Positions 19,589-29,350 of a stretch of 55,881 nucleotides of DNA are shown piece by piece. The stretch comes from Erysipelotrichaceae bacterium (lineage in GTDB: Bacteria > Bacillota_I > Bacilli_A > RFN20 > CAG-826), in the NCBI GenBank assembly GCA_012837435.1, contig DURD01000029.1, forward strand, positions 1-55,881. Reading direction: 5' to 3'. The notes under the pieces were generated by a model, which saw only the letters and a program-made list of their open reading frames with translations, was not told the DNA's origin and ran no database searches. Every line of letters begins with the position of its first letter. Position 1 is the stretch's first letter. The translations under genes and the position numbers were made by a program.

Positions 19589-19606
19589 GATGGTATTTAT
19601 CCATCC
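19589..19606 (-). terminator. Hairpin downstream of tRNA-Glu(CTC)
   Basis: ggatgg...ccatcc inverted repeat. Confidence 0.4.
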
Positions 19607-19632
19607 TAACAATGTTCATTACAGATAACATT

Positions 19633-19707
19633 TGGCGATCCCATCGGGAATCGAACCCGAGATTAGACCTTGAGAGGGTCTCGTCTTGACCTCTTGACCA
19701 TGGGACC
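19633..19707 (-). tRNA. tRNA-Glu(CTC)
   Basis: GGTCCCA/TGGGATC stem, AGACC-CTCTCAA-GGTCT anticodon arm, CCA. Confidence 0.93.
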
Positions 19708-19730
19708 AGCGAGAGTCATTGTACTCTCAT

Positions 19731-21404
19731 TTATTTTTTTAATAAAGAACAAATGTAATCGATACGTCTTATACTTTCTTCTTTGCCCAAAACTTGCATA
19801 ACAGAATATAAGTTAGGAGCATTTTTTCTCGAAGTTAAAGCAATGCGGAGGATTTCCGCTAGATCGCTCATGTTGCCTTTATATAAGGTTGGATTAGCCT
19901 TATAATCTTTATTGCTCGTAGCGTAACCTAACTCAGCGCCGATTTCTTTGAGATTATTGAACCACGATTGTTCATCTTCATGATCAAAAGATAATTGCTC
20001 TTTTATTGTAATTAGGGCATTTATCAAATCTTCATTAGAAAATTTTGGATTGAATTCTAAACCTTCCGCTACTTCTTTTTCATAGAGGTCTTGATAAAAG
20101 AAACCAATAATATCCAGCATATTGCCAAATCTTTCAAAATCTTTTCTCGGGTTAGCTTTTTCTCTATCGATATTCATGATATTCGTAAAGTAAGAAGGGT
20201 TGTCGTTGATGACTTTTGCTAAATCTGGATTATATTTATCCGCGTACTTTTTCGCTAGGGCGGTAATCTCATCTTTGTTGAGTTTTGCTAATAATTCGCG
20301 AGCAAAGAAATTGACTTTACCCATATCGAATAACGCTCCATCAAGCGACATCTTTTTAAATGAAAAAACAAAATCTTCCATCTTTTCAAAGCGATGGCTT
20401 AAAATCCATTCTTCAAAGTTAGAATTGACAATAGTCATCAAATACATCGTCAAAGCTTCTGGTGGATAACCATTTTCAATGAAATATGAAACCGCGGCTT
20501 CGCTGTCTAAACGCTTAGATAGTTTTCTTTTATTGCCATTTTCATCTAATTTCATAATAAGAGGCAAATGGGCGTAATTTGGTTTTTTCCAACCGATAGC
20601 GTCGAATATCTGCACGTGAATCGGTAAAGAGGCAATCCATTCCTCACCGCGAATGACCGTCGTAGTGCGCATGAAATGATCATCGACCACATGAGCAAAG
20701 TGATAAGTGGGTAGTCCATCGCTTTTATAAATGACGATGTCTTGATCGTTTTCAGCAATTTCGAATTCCCCGCGAATCAAATCTATGACTTTTATTTTTT
20801 TTTCATGGTTACCACCACTTCTAAAACGAACGATAAATTTTTCACCATTTTTAATTTTTTGATATTTTTCCTCATTACTTAAATTGCGGCATTTAGCAAA
20901 TTCCCCATAGTAACCAGGATTGCATTTGAGTTTTTCTTGTTCCAGCCGAAGATTTTCAACATCTTCTTCCGAACAAAAACACGGATAGGCTAAGCCAATT
21001 TCTAGTAGATGTTTGACTGCAATCGAATATATTTCAGCGCGTTCCGATTGAATATAAGGACCATAACTGCCTTTTTCTTTTTCCCCTAAATAGCCTTCAT
21101 CAGGAACGACATTAAAAACCCTCAATTGTTCAAGCAATTGTTGTCCCGCTCCCGCGACTTCTCTTTTGACATCGGTATCTTCCAGTCTCACATAAAAAAT
21201 ACCCTGTGTTTGACTGGCCACCTTGCGGCACACCATCGAAGTAAATAAAGATCCCGTATGTAAAAAACCTGTGGGTGAAGGGGCAAATCTAGTGACTTCT
21301 GCACCCTTTGGCAAATTTCTCAAAGGATATTTTTTTTCTAAATCCTCGATTGTTAAAGTAATATTTGGAAAAATTGCCTCGGCTATTTGTTTGTTGGTTA
21401 TCAT
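19731..21404 (-). CDS. gltX: Glutamate--tRNA ligase
   Basis: TRFAPSPTGFLHTGS, RLEDTD, PTYHFA.VVDD, RGEEW, KLSKR. Confidence 0.95.
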   Translation of the reverse strand: MITNKQIAEAIFPNITLTIEDLEKKYPLRNLPKGAEVTRFAPSPTGFLHTGSLFTSMVCRKVASQTQGIFYVRLEDTDVKREVAGAGQQLLEQLRVFNVVPDEGYLGEKEKGSYGPYIQSERAEIYSIAVKHLLEIGLAYPCFCSEEDVENLRLEQEKLKCNPGYYGEFAKCRNLSNEEKYQKIKNGEKFIVRFRSGGNHEKKIKVIDLIRGEFEIAENDQDIVIYKSDGLPTYHFAHVVDDHFMRTTTVIRGEEWIASLPIHVQIFDAIGWKKPNYAHLPLIMKLDENGNKRKLSKRLDSEAAVSYFIENGYPPEALTMYLMTIVNSNFEEWILSHRFEKMEDFVFSFKKMSLDGALFDMGKVNFFARELLAKLNKDEITALAKKYADKYNPDLAKVINDNPSYFTNIMNIDREKANPRKDFERFGNMLDIIGFFYQDLYEKEVAEGLEFNPKFSNEDLINALITIKEQLSFDHEDEQSWFNNLKEIGAELGYATSNKDYKANPTLYKGNMSDLAEILRIALTSRKNAPNLYSVMQVLGKEESIRRIDYICSLLKK

Positions 21405-21492
21405 AATTTTACCCCTTCAAATTCTTCATAATTTACTATTGCAACACCCCAGTGTTTTGTTATAATAATTAGGCGATTTGGAAATCTCCATT

Positions 21493-21566
21493 GCAGGTGT
21501 AGTTCAGTGGCAGAACGTAACCTTGCCAAGGTTAATATGCGGGTTCGATTCCCGTCACCTGCTCCA
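21493..21566 (+). tRNA. tRNA-Gly(GCC)
   Basis: GCAGGTG/CACCTGC stem, TTGCCAA loop, CCA. Confidence 0.95.
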
Positions 21567-21581
21567 GTTTAAGTAATATTT

Positions 21582-21606
21582 ACCTAGATTTAGTCTAGGT
21601 TTTTTT
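21582..21606 (+). terminator. Terminator between tRNA-Gly and the convergent gene
   Basis: acctaga...tctaggt followed by T run. Confidence 0.6.
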
Positions 21607-22610
21607 TATTCAATTTCATCGTCATTTTGCTCTTTTTTTAAGGACTCTTCGATACTTTTCTTTTCCTCCACATTCATGTCAATGCTCGATTGAATTCTTT
21701 GTAAAATAAATTTGATTGCTTCTTCGTTGCCTTTTTTAAAATCGTTCTCATACTTTTTATAGATAACTTCCATGTTGGAAAAATATAAAGGCAAAAAGAA
21801 AATTAATAAAATAACACTACCCACTACGACAAAAGCTGGTAACAACGTCACCTCTTTAACCGCGAATATTCCAATCAATAAACCCACGATTATTCCTAAT
21901 AGTGAAAGGACAATCATCGGCCAATTGAGCAACCACCAATCTCTACTCATTTTCTTGCGTAACTTGCGAAAAGTATTGGCGATACATAAGCGAACCACCG
22001 ACATCGCTCCCGCCACAATATTAGCGCGATAGTAAATGGAAATTGAAGAATAAGAAGTAAAGTAAATAAAAGAGAGCATAAAGGGGATAATGGCAAATGT
22101 TTCTATATAGACAAAGAAGGTTAATAACAAGCTGTTGTTATCGAGCAATAAATTTAGAATATCTTCATAACCAATTTCTGCAGATGAAAATCTTGTGACT
22201 AAATTAGTGAAGGCCTCAACAAAGGGATCGCCATAATAATTTTTAAAAATAAGATAGAACACCACATAAGAAATAAAAAGAGAAATAAAATATATTGCGA
22301 GAGATTTAAGAAGAGATTTTAAACCGCGAAACGATCCGATAAATTGCGGTTTAAAAAAGCCGATAAAATAATTAAAGAAAACCGTGATATTTACTGGTTG
22401 GTTAATCAATAAATAATAGCTAGAAATATAAGAAGCAAAAAGAAAAGGAAATAGAAAAATAGGTAATGCGAGAAATACGTAAGATAAATCAATAAAGCTT
22501 AGCATCGCCACTAGAATTAGAGCTAGACCACAAAAAATACCGATTGAAATTTTGGCATAGATATTATTTTTGGTATTGGCAAAAGCCTCTTTTCTCAGAG
22601 ATTGTTTCAT
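21606..22610 (-). CDS. Hypothetical multi-pass membrane protein
   Basis: About 6 hydrophobic segments; ATGA overlap with upstream gene. Confidence 0.7.
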   Translation of the reverse strand: MKQSLRKEAFANTKNNIYAKISIGIFCGLALILVAMLSFIDLSYVFLALPIFLFPFLFASYISSYYLLINQPVNITVFFNYFIGFFKPQFIGSFRGLKSLLKSLAIYFISLFISYVVFYLIFKNYYGDPFVEAFTNLVTRFSSAEIGYEDILNLLLDNNSLLLTFFVYIETFAIIPFMLSFIYFTSYSSISIYYRANIVAGAMSVVRLCIANTFRKLRKKMSRDWWLLNWPMIVLSLLGIIVGLLIGIFAVKEVTLLPAFVVVGSVILLIFFLPLYFSNMEVIYKKYENDFKKGNEEAIKFILQRIQSSIDMNVEEKKSIEESLKKEQNDDEIE

Positions 22611-23251
22611 TGTTTTTTCCTTTTATTTGCCTTAGCAATTGATTGAACGGCTTTGGCTAGTTGCGGTTCGTTTATCGTCCCTATCTTTCGAGATTCGATG
22701 GCCTTAATCAAACTGGCAAAACGTTTTCTTTGGATAATATAAAATTGCTTTGATTCGCTTTGAACTTGTACTTTGCAATCATCATTTATCAAGACAATAC
22801 CGATTAATAATGAGGCATTAAGCCCGGTCGAAGAAGACAGTTTGTTCGTCAGTACTTTGGATTGATTGATAGGGTTATCAGTGTAACTTTTTTTGCCGCG
22901 ATGCGACACAAATACCAAGGAAGCATCGGTGGCTTTGCCAATTAAATCCCCCTCGTAGTATTGAGAAATAATGACATAAATAAATTTATCGCCAAATAAA
23001 ATGTGATCCACCATCGCAGTTTTGTTGCTATCGACTTTGAAAACGAATTGATTGATTAGATAGTAATCTCTGTCAAAAGCGGTTTTATAGACCTTTTTGT
23101 AAAAATGTATTTGGAAATTTTTTCTTTTGTAGTAATGAGATATGGGAAAATATAGACCGATACCAATAAACAACAATATAACAATTGGCACGATGATAAT
23201 AAAAGCCAATTGAATATCTGTAAACGTTTCAATAAAAAGTGGATATTGCAT
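22607..23251 (-). CDS. Membrane-anchored NERD (nuclease-related domain)-like protein
   Basis: N-terminal TM, VDHILF..K.IYVI and NPINQ motifs; catalytic ExK appears degenerate. Confidence 0.7.
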   Translation of the reverse strand: MQYPLFIETFTDIQLAFIIIVPIVILLFIGIGLYFPISHYYKRKNFQIHFYKKVYKTAFDRDYYLINQFVFKVDSNKTAMVDHILFGDKFIYVIISQYYEGDLIGKATDASLVFVSHRGKKSYTDNPINQSKVLTNKLSSSTGLNASLLIGIVLINDDCKVQVQSESKQFYIIQRKRFASLIKAIESRKIGTINEPQLAKAVQSIAKANKRKKQ

Positions 23252-23303
23252 ATAATTAATATAGCAAAAATGACCTTAATGATTAAGGACATTTATGCTT
23301 TTT

Positions 23304-23912
23304 TTAATCAAAGATAGTTTTTCCGTTTTTTATAGCTTCGATAATGCGATCAATTTCTTCTCTGCACACTTTTCGAGATAAGGGTGGCAGTTGTTCTAGA
23401 GAAAACCATCTTACCTCGTCTGTTTCGTATTCGTGTTCATGCAAATCTCCGACCAGCCTAGCTTCAAAAATTATGAGATATTCAGGGATGTAAACACTGG
23501 TCTTAAAGGGGGTACGATTTAAAATTCCCACTAGACGGATAATATCGATATCTGCGCCTGCTTCTTGACTTGCTTCATTTTTAGCGGTTTGTGAAGCGGA
23601 ATCATATAAATCCGCCCACCCTCCAGGAAACGAATAAGTTTGAGTATTAGCCTCTCTAACAAATAGAGCTTTTTGACGATCTTCACTCAATATAACCGTT
23701 CTAACAGTAACGCTTGGGGTAGGATAAATATCTCTAGAGAAATAATTGGGGCGATTAAATTTAATCTCCATGAATTTTTCTAGCATTTCCCTCGTCAAAT
23801 CATTGATTTGTTGGTAGTTAGTAATCGCATAAGGGTCTTTAGAAAAAACCAATCCAATTTTAGCAATGGATTGGATTTTAATGAGATAATCATATAGCTC
23901 TTTATTTTCCAT
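23304..23912 (-). CDS. NUDIX hydrolase (YjhB/ADP-ribose pyrophosphatase-like)
   Basis: QSIAK.GL.FSKDPY N-domain, YPTP, PGGWAD....A..E..QEAG Nudix box. Confidence 0.85.
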   Translation of the reverse strand: MENKELYDYLIKIQSIAKIGLVFSKDPYAITNYQQINDLTREMLEKFMEIKFNRPNYFSRDIYPTPSVTVRTVILSEDRQKALFVREANTQTYSFPGGWADLYDSASQTAKNEASQEAGADIDIIRLVGILNRTPFKTSVYIPEYLIIFEARLVGDLHEHEYETDEVRWFSLEQLPPLSRKVCREEIDRIIEAIKNGKTIFD

Positions 23913-23918
23913 ACATTA

Positions 23919-24695
23919 TTAAGAAGAGGTGTGGTCAGACATATAGTTTTCAAAGGCGCGTAGAAAGTTAGTTTGATTAAAGGATTCTAAATCACCATTG
24001 ACCGCGATGGAAATCCGTCCTGTTTCTTCAGAGACCACGACTGTGACGGCGTCGGATATTTCTGAAATTCCAATGGCCGCTCGATGACGCGAACCATATT
24101 TTCCGGCAAATGGTTTAGTGGTTGGAGTATAAAAAACACTAGCGGCAATAATTTCATTCCCATGAATGACCACCGCACCATCGTGTAGCCGTGTCCCAGG
24201 ATAGAAAATAGTTAGTAAAAGTTCCGGACTTACTGGAGCGCGAATGGGAACACCATTTTTAATAATGTCTTTTAACGAAGTATTTTTCTCAAAAGTCATA
24301 ATTGCTCCAATGCGAGAGTTGGACAAAGAAATAACCGTAGTTTCAATATTTTTGTAAAGGAGTTGTGTATCGTAAATTTTTTCGATGCCAAACTTAACCG
24401 GTTTAGCGGTTCTACGAAAAAAAGGATTAGCAATAAATTTTCTTAAGTCACCAAGATTAGCGAAGAAACTAGCTGCTAGACCTGCTGAAGTGACAAAAGA
24501 AACCAATTGGCAAACCACATCGAGACCAAAGATATATGAAATGATGAAAAAGACGAAGGAAAAAGAAATAAAAACGAAACTGGCACGACGTTTTGCTACT
24601 TTCGAAAGAACAAAAAACAAAAGACCATACACCAATACTATGATAATGATTGAGGCGATAAAATTACCGACACCGTTTTCCCAAGCGAATTTCAT
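23919..24695 (-). CDS. cdaA: Membrane diadenylate cyclase (DAC domain)
   Basis: N-terminal TMs, LHDGAV and GSRHRAA catalytic motifs, VVSEETG. Confidence 0.9.
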   Translation of the reverse strand: MKFAWENGVGNFIASIIIIVLVYGLLFFVLSKVAKRRASFVFISFSFVFFIISYIFGLDVVCQLVSFVTSAGLAASFFANLGDLRKFIANPFFRRTAKPVKFGIEKIYDTQLLYKNIETTVISLSNSRIGAIMTFEKNTSLKDIIKNGVPIRAPVSPELLLTIFYPGTRLHDGAVVIHGNEIIAASVFYTPTTKPFAGKYGSRHRAAIGISEISDAVTVVVSEETGRISIAVNGDLESFNQTNFLRAFENYMSDHTSS

Positions 24696-24777
24696 AATTC
24701 TTTTTAACCCTCCTCAGTATTCTAATGATATATATTTAGTAATTTGTTTTCAACAATTGAAAATGAATTATTGACAA

Positions 24778-25161
24778 TTAATCATCAATTTTCACAATTG
24801 TCTCTTCAAAGCGTGTTTTCCTATGACTAAATCTTAGTTTGTGTTTTTTTCCATAGGTATCAAGAGACTGTTCGCCAAATTCGGTAATTCTAAAATAAAG
24901 TTTATTTCTTTTTGAATCGAAAATTTTATTGATGTAACCATGTCTAAAAAGCATCAATGTTAAATGAGATATTTTTTTATTGGTGAAAGATGACAAAGTT
25001 CCAAAGGTTGGAAAAGCAGAAAACCGCTCGGTTTCATCATCAATTTTGCCGCTTAATATTTTGAAAACCCCTTCATTTAGTGGGTAATAATTTAAATCAT
25101 TTAAAAGTTTGATAGTGAGCAGAACTTTGTAATAAGTTTGATTGAACTTTAATTGTCTCAT
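24778..25161 (-). CDS. Stand-alone RQC-like winged-helix protein
   Basis: IL.G...TFG.L.....I..L...GYI...ITE.G pattern. Confidence 0.55.
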   Translation of the reverse strand: MRQLKFNQTYYKVLLTIKLLNDLNYYPLNEGVFKILSGKIDDETERFSAFPTFGTLSSFTNKKISHLTLMLFRHGYINKIFDSKRNKLYFRITEFGEQSLDTYGKKHKLRFSHRKTRFEETIVKIDD

Positions 25162-25263
25162 AAAAATAGTTTACATTTTTATAGATTGAAGGTCAAAGAC
25201 AATCTATCATTGAGAATAAATACCAACAAATGTAAAATAAAGTGGAAAGTAGAGGTGTAAAAT

Positions 25264-25983
25264 ATGTCAACTCCTCATATCAATGCGAATAAAGGCGACT
25301 TTGCAAAGGTCGTACTAATGCCAGGCGATCCCATACGCGCTAAATGGATTGCTGATACTTATTTACACGATGTAAAAATGGTGTCAAATGTCAGAAATAT
25401 TTGTGGTTATACTGGTTACACAAAAAATAATAAGAAAATCAGTGTCATGGCCTCAGGTATGGGCCATCCTTCTATCGGAATCTATTCTTATGAACTATTT
25501 TCTAAATTTGAAGTAGAAACGATTATTCGCGTGGGGACTTGTGGAGCTTACCAACCCCACATCAACCTATTTGACATCTTAATCGCCAGTACCTCTTCCA
25601 CTGATAGCAATTGGGCTTTTCAATACCAACTAAACGGCACCTTTTCCGCGGGAGCGGATTTTGATTTAATCACTAGAGCTGTTAACGTGGCAAAAAATAA
25701 AAATGTCCCCGTTCATGTTGGTAACATTTTATCTACGGACGTATTTTATAATGCTGATCAAAATAATTGGAAAAAATGGGCGGAATTAGGAATTTTAGGT
25801 GTCGAAATGGAGTCTTACGCTTTATATTGCAGTGCCGCGAAACTAAAGAAAAAAGCTCTATGTATTCTCACAGTAAGCGATTCCTTTTTGCTAGAAGAAG
25901 AACTGACATCAGACGAAAGAGCACACGGCCTAGCGAGAATGATTGAAATCGCTATTGAAACCGCTGAAGCAGTCGCAGACTAA
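25264..25983 (+). CDS. deoD: Purine nucleoside phosphorylase, DeoD type
   Basis: TPHI, VLMPGDP.RA, GMGHPS, RVGTCG, VEMES, TVSD. Confidence 0.95.
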   Translation: MSTPHINANKGDFAKVVLMPGDPIRAKWIADTYLHDVKMVSNVRNICGYTGYTKNNKKISVMASGMGHPSIGIYSYELFSKFEVETIIRVGTCGAYQPHINLFDILIASTSSTDSNWAFQYQLNGTFSAGADFDLITRAVNVAKNKNVPVHVGNILSTDVFYNADQNNWKKWAELGILGVEMESYALYCSAAKLKKKALCILTVSDSFLLEEELTSDERAHGLARMIEIAIETAEAVAD

Positions 25984-26034
25984 CGAAAATTAAAATTACA
26001 TCATCTATCTAGATCAATGCTTTTTAGCATATAA

Positions 26035-28212
26035 CTATTTTTTCTTTAAGTTGATAGGTCGATAAAGTACTAACAAAGAGTTTATTACCAAAACGACCGT
26101 TAATCCAGTATCGGCAATAATTGGCACTTTCATCGGAATATTTATTGTCGGAATGATGACAAGAATTGCCACTATAATTTTTATAAGTAGGGCAAAAACA
26201 ATGTTGAAAATAGCAGTGTTTTTCGCTATTCGAGCAATCCTAATCGATTCATAAACTTTTATCGGATTGTCATTCATGATTACCACATCCGCATTTTGAA
26301 CGGCGATATCGCTTCCAATGGCGCCCATCGCAAATCCCACATCGCTTCTTTTGATGCTCGGGGCGTCATTGATGCCATCTCCTACGAAAGCAACATTTTT
26401 ATTAGTGCCAAGCATTTCTTTTTCGAGTAATTCGACTTTTTCACTTGGAGTCAATTCGCTATAGATGTAATCAATTCCTAGTTCTTTTTGCAATATCGAA
26501 GCGTTTTCTTTCTTATCGCCAGTCAATAAAATTACTTCAATCTTTTCTTTATGGAAGAGTTTTATCATATCGTGAACTTCTTCTTTAATTTCGTCATTTA
26601 AAACGATATAGCCCAAATATTTTCCTTCTTTTTGGCAGTAGATGACGATGCCTTTTTCTTTAACTTCTTTGATTGCTATTCCCGTTTGTTGTATATAAGA
26701 AATATTACCAGCATAAATCCTTTTTCCTTCATAGACTGTCGTCACACCTAAACCCGTCGTTTCTTTAAAATCTACTTGTTTTGCGGCGAGAGATTTAACA
26801 TCTATGTCGTGACAAATAGTTCTAGCAATTGGATGAGTCGATAAGCATTCTGCAGCATATAAAGACTCGAGTAATTCTTCTTTTTTGACTCCTTTAACTG
26901 GAGAAATTTTTTGAATGGAAAAGATACCTTTTGTCAAAGTGCCAGTTTTATCACTAATCACTTTACCTATCCGATTAATTTCGTCCAAATAGCTAGTGCC
27001 TTTGATTACTATGCCTCTCTTACTCGCTAATCCAATGGCCGCGAAAAAGGCGAGAGGGACAGAAATGACAATAGCGCACGGGCAACCGGTGACGAGTATT
27101 TCTAACCCCGAAAGAAAATAATTTCTCCAATCACTAGTAATCAACCCACCAATTAAAAATACTGCGATTGATAAAAGGACGATGATGGGTGTATAGATAC
27201 GAGCGAAACGGGCAATAAATCCATCGGCTTTGCTCTTTTTTCCCCCACTACTAGCTATTAATTCGACAATTTTTGAAACTGCACTATCCTCATATTTTTT
27301 TAAAACTTTTACTTTGATGAATCCGCTTTCTACTAAAAAACCGGCAAAAACTTCTTTGTTTTTAACGTCTACAAGCACTGGGGTTGATTCGCCAGTCAAA
27401 GATGATTTATTTATGTAGGCATTACCTTCCATTACTTCGCCATCGATAGGAATCATTTCTCCCGCGCTGATAACAACAACATCTCCGACAACTAGTTGCT
27501 CCGGATTAACTTTGACAATTGCATCATTTTTTATTAAATTTGCATATTCCACTCTTAATTGAATGGCGTTTGTCACAGCTAATTTACTTTTATTCGTCGC
27601 AAATTTTTCAACAATTTGTCCAATTTGAAATAGACCAGTAACCATCGTTCCTTCCATGATGAAGTCGAGACCTTTATCAATATCATTTTCACTCATGTAG
27701 ATGATGGAAAGGACTGTCGCTCCTAATACCGCGACGACAATTAGTAAATTGTGGTCGATAATGTTTTGTCTATTTTTTAAATGTAGGATAACTTTCCATG
27801 CCACATCATAAATTAATATAGTCGTAGTCAATAGATATGCAGTAAATCTAATCCATCCACTATCATCAAAACGATTGAGAATAAACATATTGGCTATCAC
27901 TACTACTAAAGCAAATACTATTCTCACTAACAAAAACCGCATTTCTTTTGTGAATAATTTTGGAATTTCTATACTAATTTTTCTACTTGATTCCTTTAAA
28001 AATATAGGATCACTTTCAACTTTAGAAATCAACACTAGCAATTCCTCAATACTTAAAATATTTTTCTTAAAAGTGATGAACATTTTATTAGTAGAAAAAT
28101 CAATGTGACATTTTTCAATATCTTCTTGCTTGCTCAAAAACATTTCTACCTTATTCGCGCAACTCGGACAATCAAAACCGGAAATATGATAAATTTTATC
28201 AGTCATGCTCAT
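26035..28212 (-). CDS. cadA: Heavy-metal (Zn/Cd) P1B-type ATPase
   Basis: HMA domain GFDCPSC, TGES, CPC, DKTGT, HP, GDGINDAP. Confidence 0.9.
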   Translation of the reverse strand: MSMTDKIYHISGFDCPSCANKVEMFLSKQEDIEKCHIDFSTNKMFITFKKNILSIEELLVLISKVESDPIFLKESSRKISIEIPKLFTKEMRFLLVRIVFALVVVIANMFILNRFDDSGWIRFTAYLLTTTILIYDVAWKVILHLKNRQNIIDHNLLIVVAVLGATVLSIIYMSENDIDKGLDFIMEGTMVTGLFQIGQIVEKFATNKSKLAVTNAIQLRVEYANLIKNDAIVKVNPEQLVVGDVVVISAGEMIPIDGEVMEGNAYINKSSLTGESTPVLVDVKNKEVFAGFLVESGFIKVKVLKKYEDSAVSKIVELIASSGGKKSKADGFIARFARIYTPIIVLLSIAVFLIGGLITSDWRNYFLSGLEILVTGCPCAIVISVPLAFFAAIGLASKRGIVIKGTSYLDEINRIGKVISDKTGTLTKGIFSIQKISPVKGVKKEELLESLYAAECLSTHPIARTICHDIDVKSLAAKQVDFKETTGLGVTTVYEGKRIYAGNISYIQQTGIAIKEVKEKGIVIYCQKEGKYLGYIVLNDEIKEEVHDMIKLFHKEKIEVILLTGDKKENASILQKELGIDYIYSELTPSEKVELLEKEMLGTNKNVAFVGDGINDAPSIKRSDVGFAMGAIGSDIAVQNADVVIMNDNPIKVYESIRIARIAKNTAIFNIVFALLIKIIVAILVIIPTINIPMKVPIIADTGLTVVLVINSLLVLYRPINLKKK

Positions 28213-28573
28213 CTTCCTCCGTCACGTGATCATAAGCCACACTGAGCAATAGGCGGATATGTTTATCTTTTAAAGAATAGTAAACTCTGGTTCCTTCTTT
28301 TCTCGCTTCCACTAGTTGGATATCTTTCATCACTCTTAATTGATGAGATACTAAGGATTGAGAAGCGTTGATATCAAAAGCAATATCGTTGACGCACTTT
28401 TCAATCATGCAGCTTAGTTTTTCACATGTTTGGCAGTTACGGTCATCACTTCTTTCAAAATGACACTCTGCATCATCCAACAAAGATAGCATAATCTTCA
28501 TCCTCGTTTTATCAGAGGCTGTCGATAAAAGCTTTTCCATTTTTTCAATAGTGGTATTTTCTATATTTTTCAT
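28199..28573 (-). CDS. ArsR/SmtB metalloregulator with Cys-rich insertion
   Basis: D.TR.KI, SQSLVSHQL, YYSL.D.H; start moved to ATG 28573 downstream of the promoter. Confidence 0.88.
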   Translation of the reverse strand: MKNIENTTIEKMEKLLSTASDKTRMKIMLSLLDDAECHFERSDDRNCQTCEKLSCMIEKCVNDIAFDINASQSLVSHQLRVMKDIQLVEARKEGTRVYYSLKDKHIRLLLSVAYDHVTEEDEHD

Positions 28574-28588
28574 AATTTTATCTAAAAA

Positions 28589-28618
28589 GATTATATGAAC
28601 GTTCATTCATATTTGCAA
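28589..28618 (-). promoter_or_regulatory. Sigma70 promoter with overlapping SmtB/CzrA-type operator
   Basis: TTGCAA-N17-TATAAT; ATATGAA-N6-TTCATAT inverted repeat at 28593-28612. Confidence 0.8.
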
Positions 28619-28708
28619 TTACAAAGTATTTTATTTACTTTAATCCAATCAAAGTAAAAACTGCTCAGCCTAGTGCTGACCAGTTCGTTTATGTTGTTAG
28701 AAGAAAAA

Positions 28709-29338
28709 TTAGTAATTTTTCATCACAGCTTCATCGATTACTTGAGCAATTTCTTCAATAATGTCGCAACAAGCTTCAAATGATCTTATGATGCTTTCTG
28801 CTACGTGAATTTCTCTAGTTCTTAGGGAACTTTCATATAATTCTTTAAGCGAAGAAATGAATAGTCTATCTCCTTCTTCTTCGATTGATAAGACTTCCAT
28901 AATTTTATCTTTTAATACCTCGGATCTTTTAAAATTAGGAAATTCCTCTAACACAACCGCTAGGGCTTGACTCTCTCTTTTGATGATATCGATAAATTGA
29001 AGAGACACTTCAGGAAATTTTTTAGCGCCAAAAACATAGGCATTCAATAGTACATCTTCAATCGCGTCAGTAGCAGAATCAATTTTTTTAATGATGGCGA
29101 GTATGTCTTCACTTTCAATCGGCGTAATGAATTCTCTAGAAAGTTTTTTCAAAACACTATTTAGATATAAATCGGCTTCGTGTTCGATAACATGTATCTC
29201 GTCTTTGTGTTTTTCAGTTATTCCACCATTAAAGTTATTTACCACCTTTTCGAGATATTCCAAAGCTTTGATGGAATAGTTAAATGATTCCATAAACGCT
29301 TTAAAATAGTAATTAACTTCTTTCTTCTTTTTACACAT
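28709..29338 (-). CDS. DUF47/PhoU-like Pit accessory protein
   Basis: IEHEAD, FITPIE.EDI, EEEGD; downstream of Pit. Confidence 0.88.
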   Translation of the reverse strand: MCKKKKEVNYYFKAFMESFNYSIKALEYLEKVVNNFNGGITEKHKDEIHVIEHEADLYLNSVLKKLSREFITPIESEDILAIIKKIDSATDAIEDVLLNAYVFGAKKFPEVSLQFIDIIKRESQALAVVLEEFPNFKRSEVLKDKIMEVLSIEEEGDRLFISSLKELYESSLRTREIHVAESIIRSFEACCDIIEEIAQVIDEAVMKNY

Positions 29339-29350
29339 CTTCGTTTCCTC

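Noticed and set aside
25197-25263. Purine riboswitch before deoD
   Set aside because: No aptamer core; region occupied by divergent promoters
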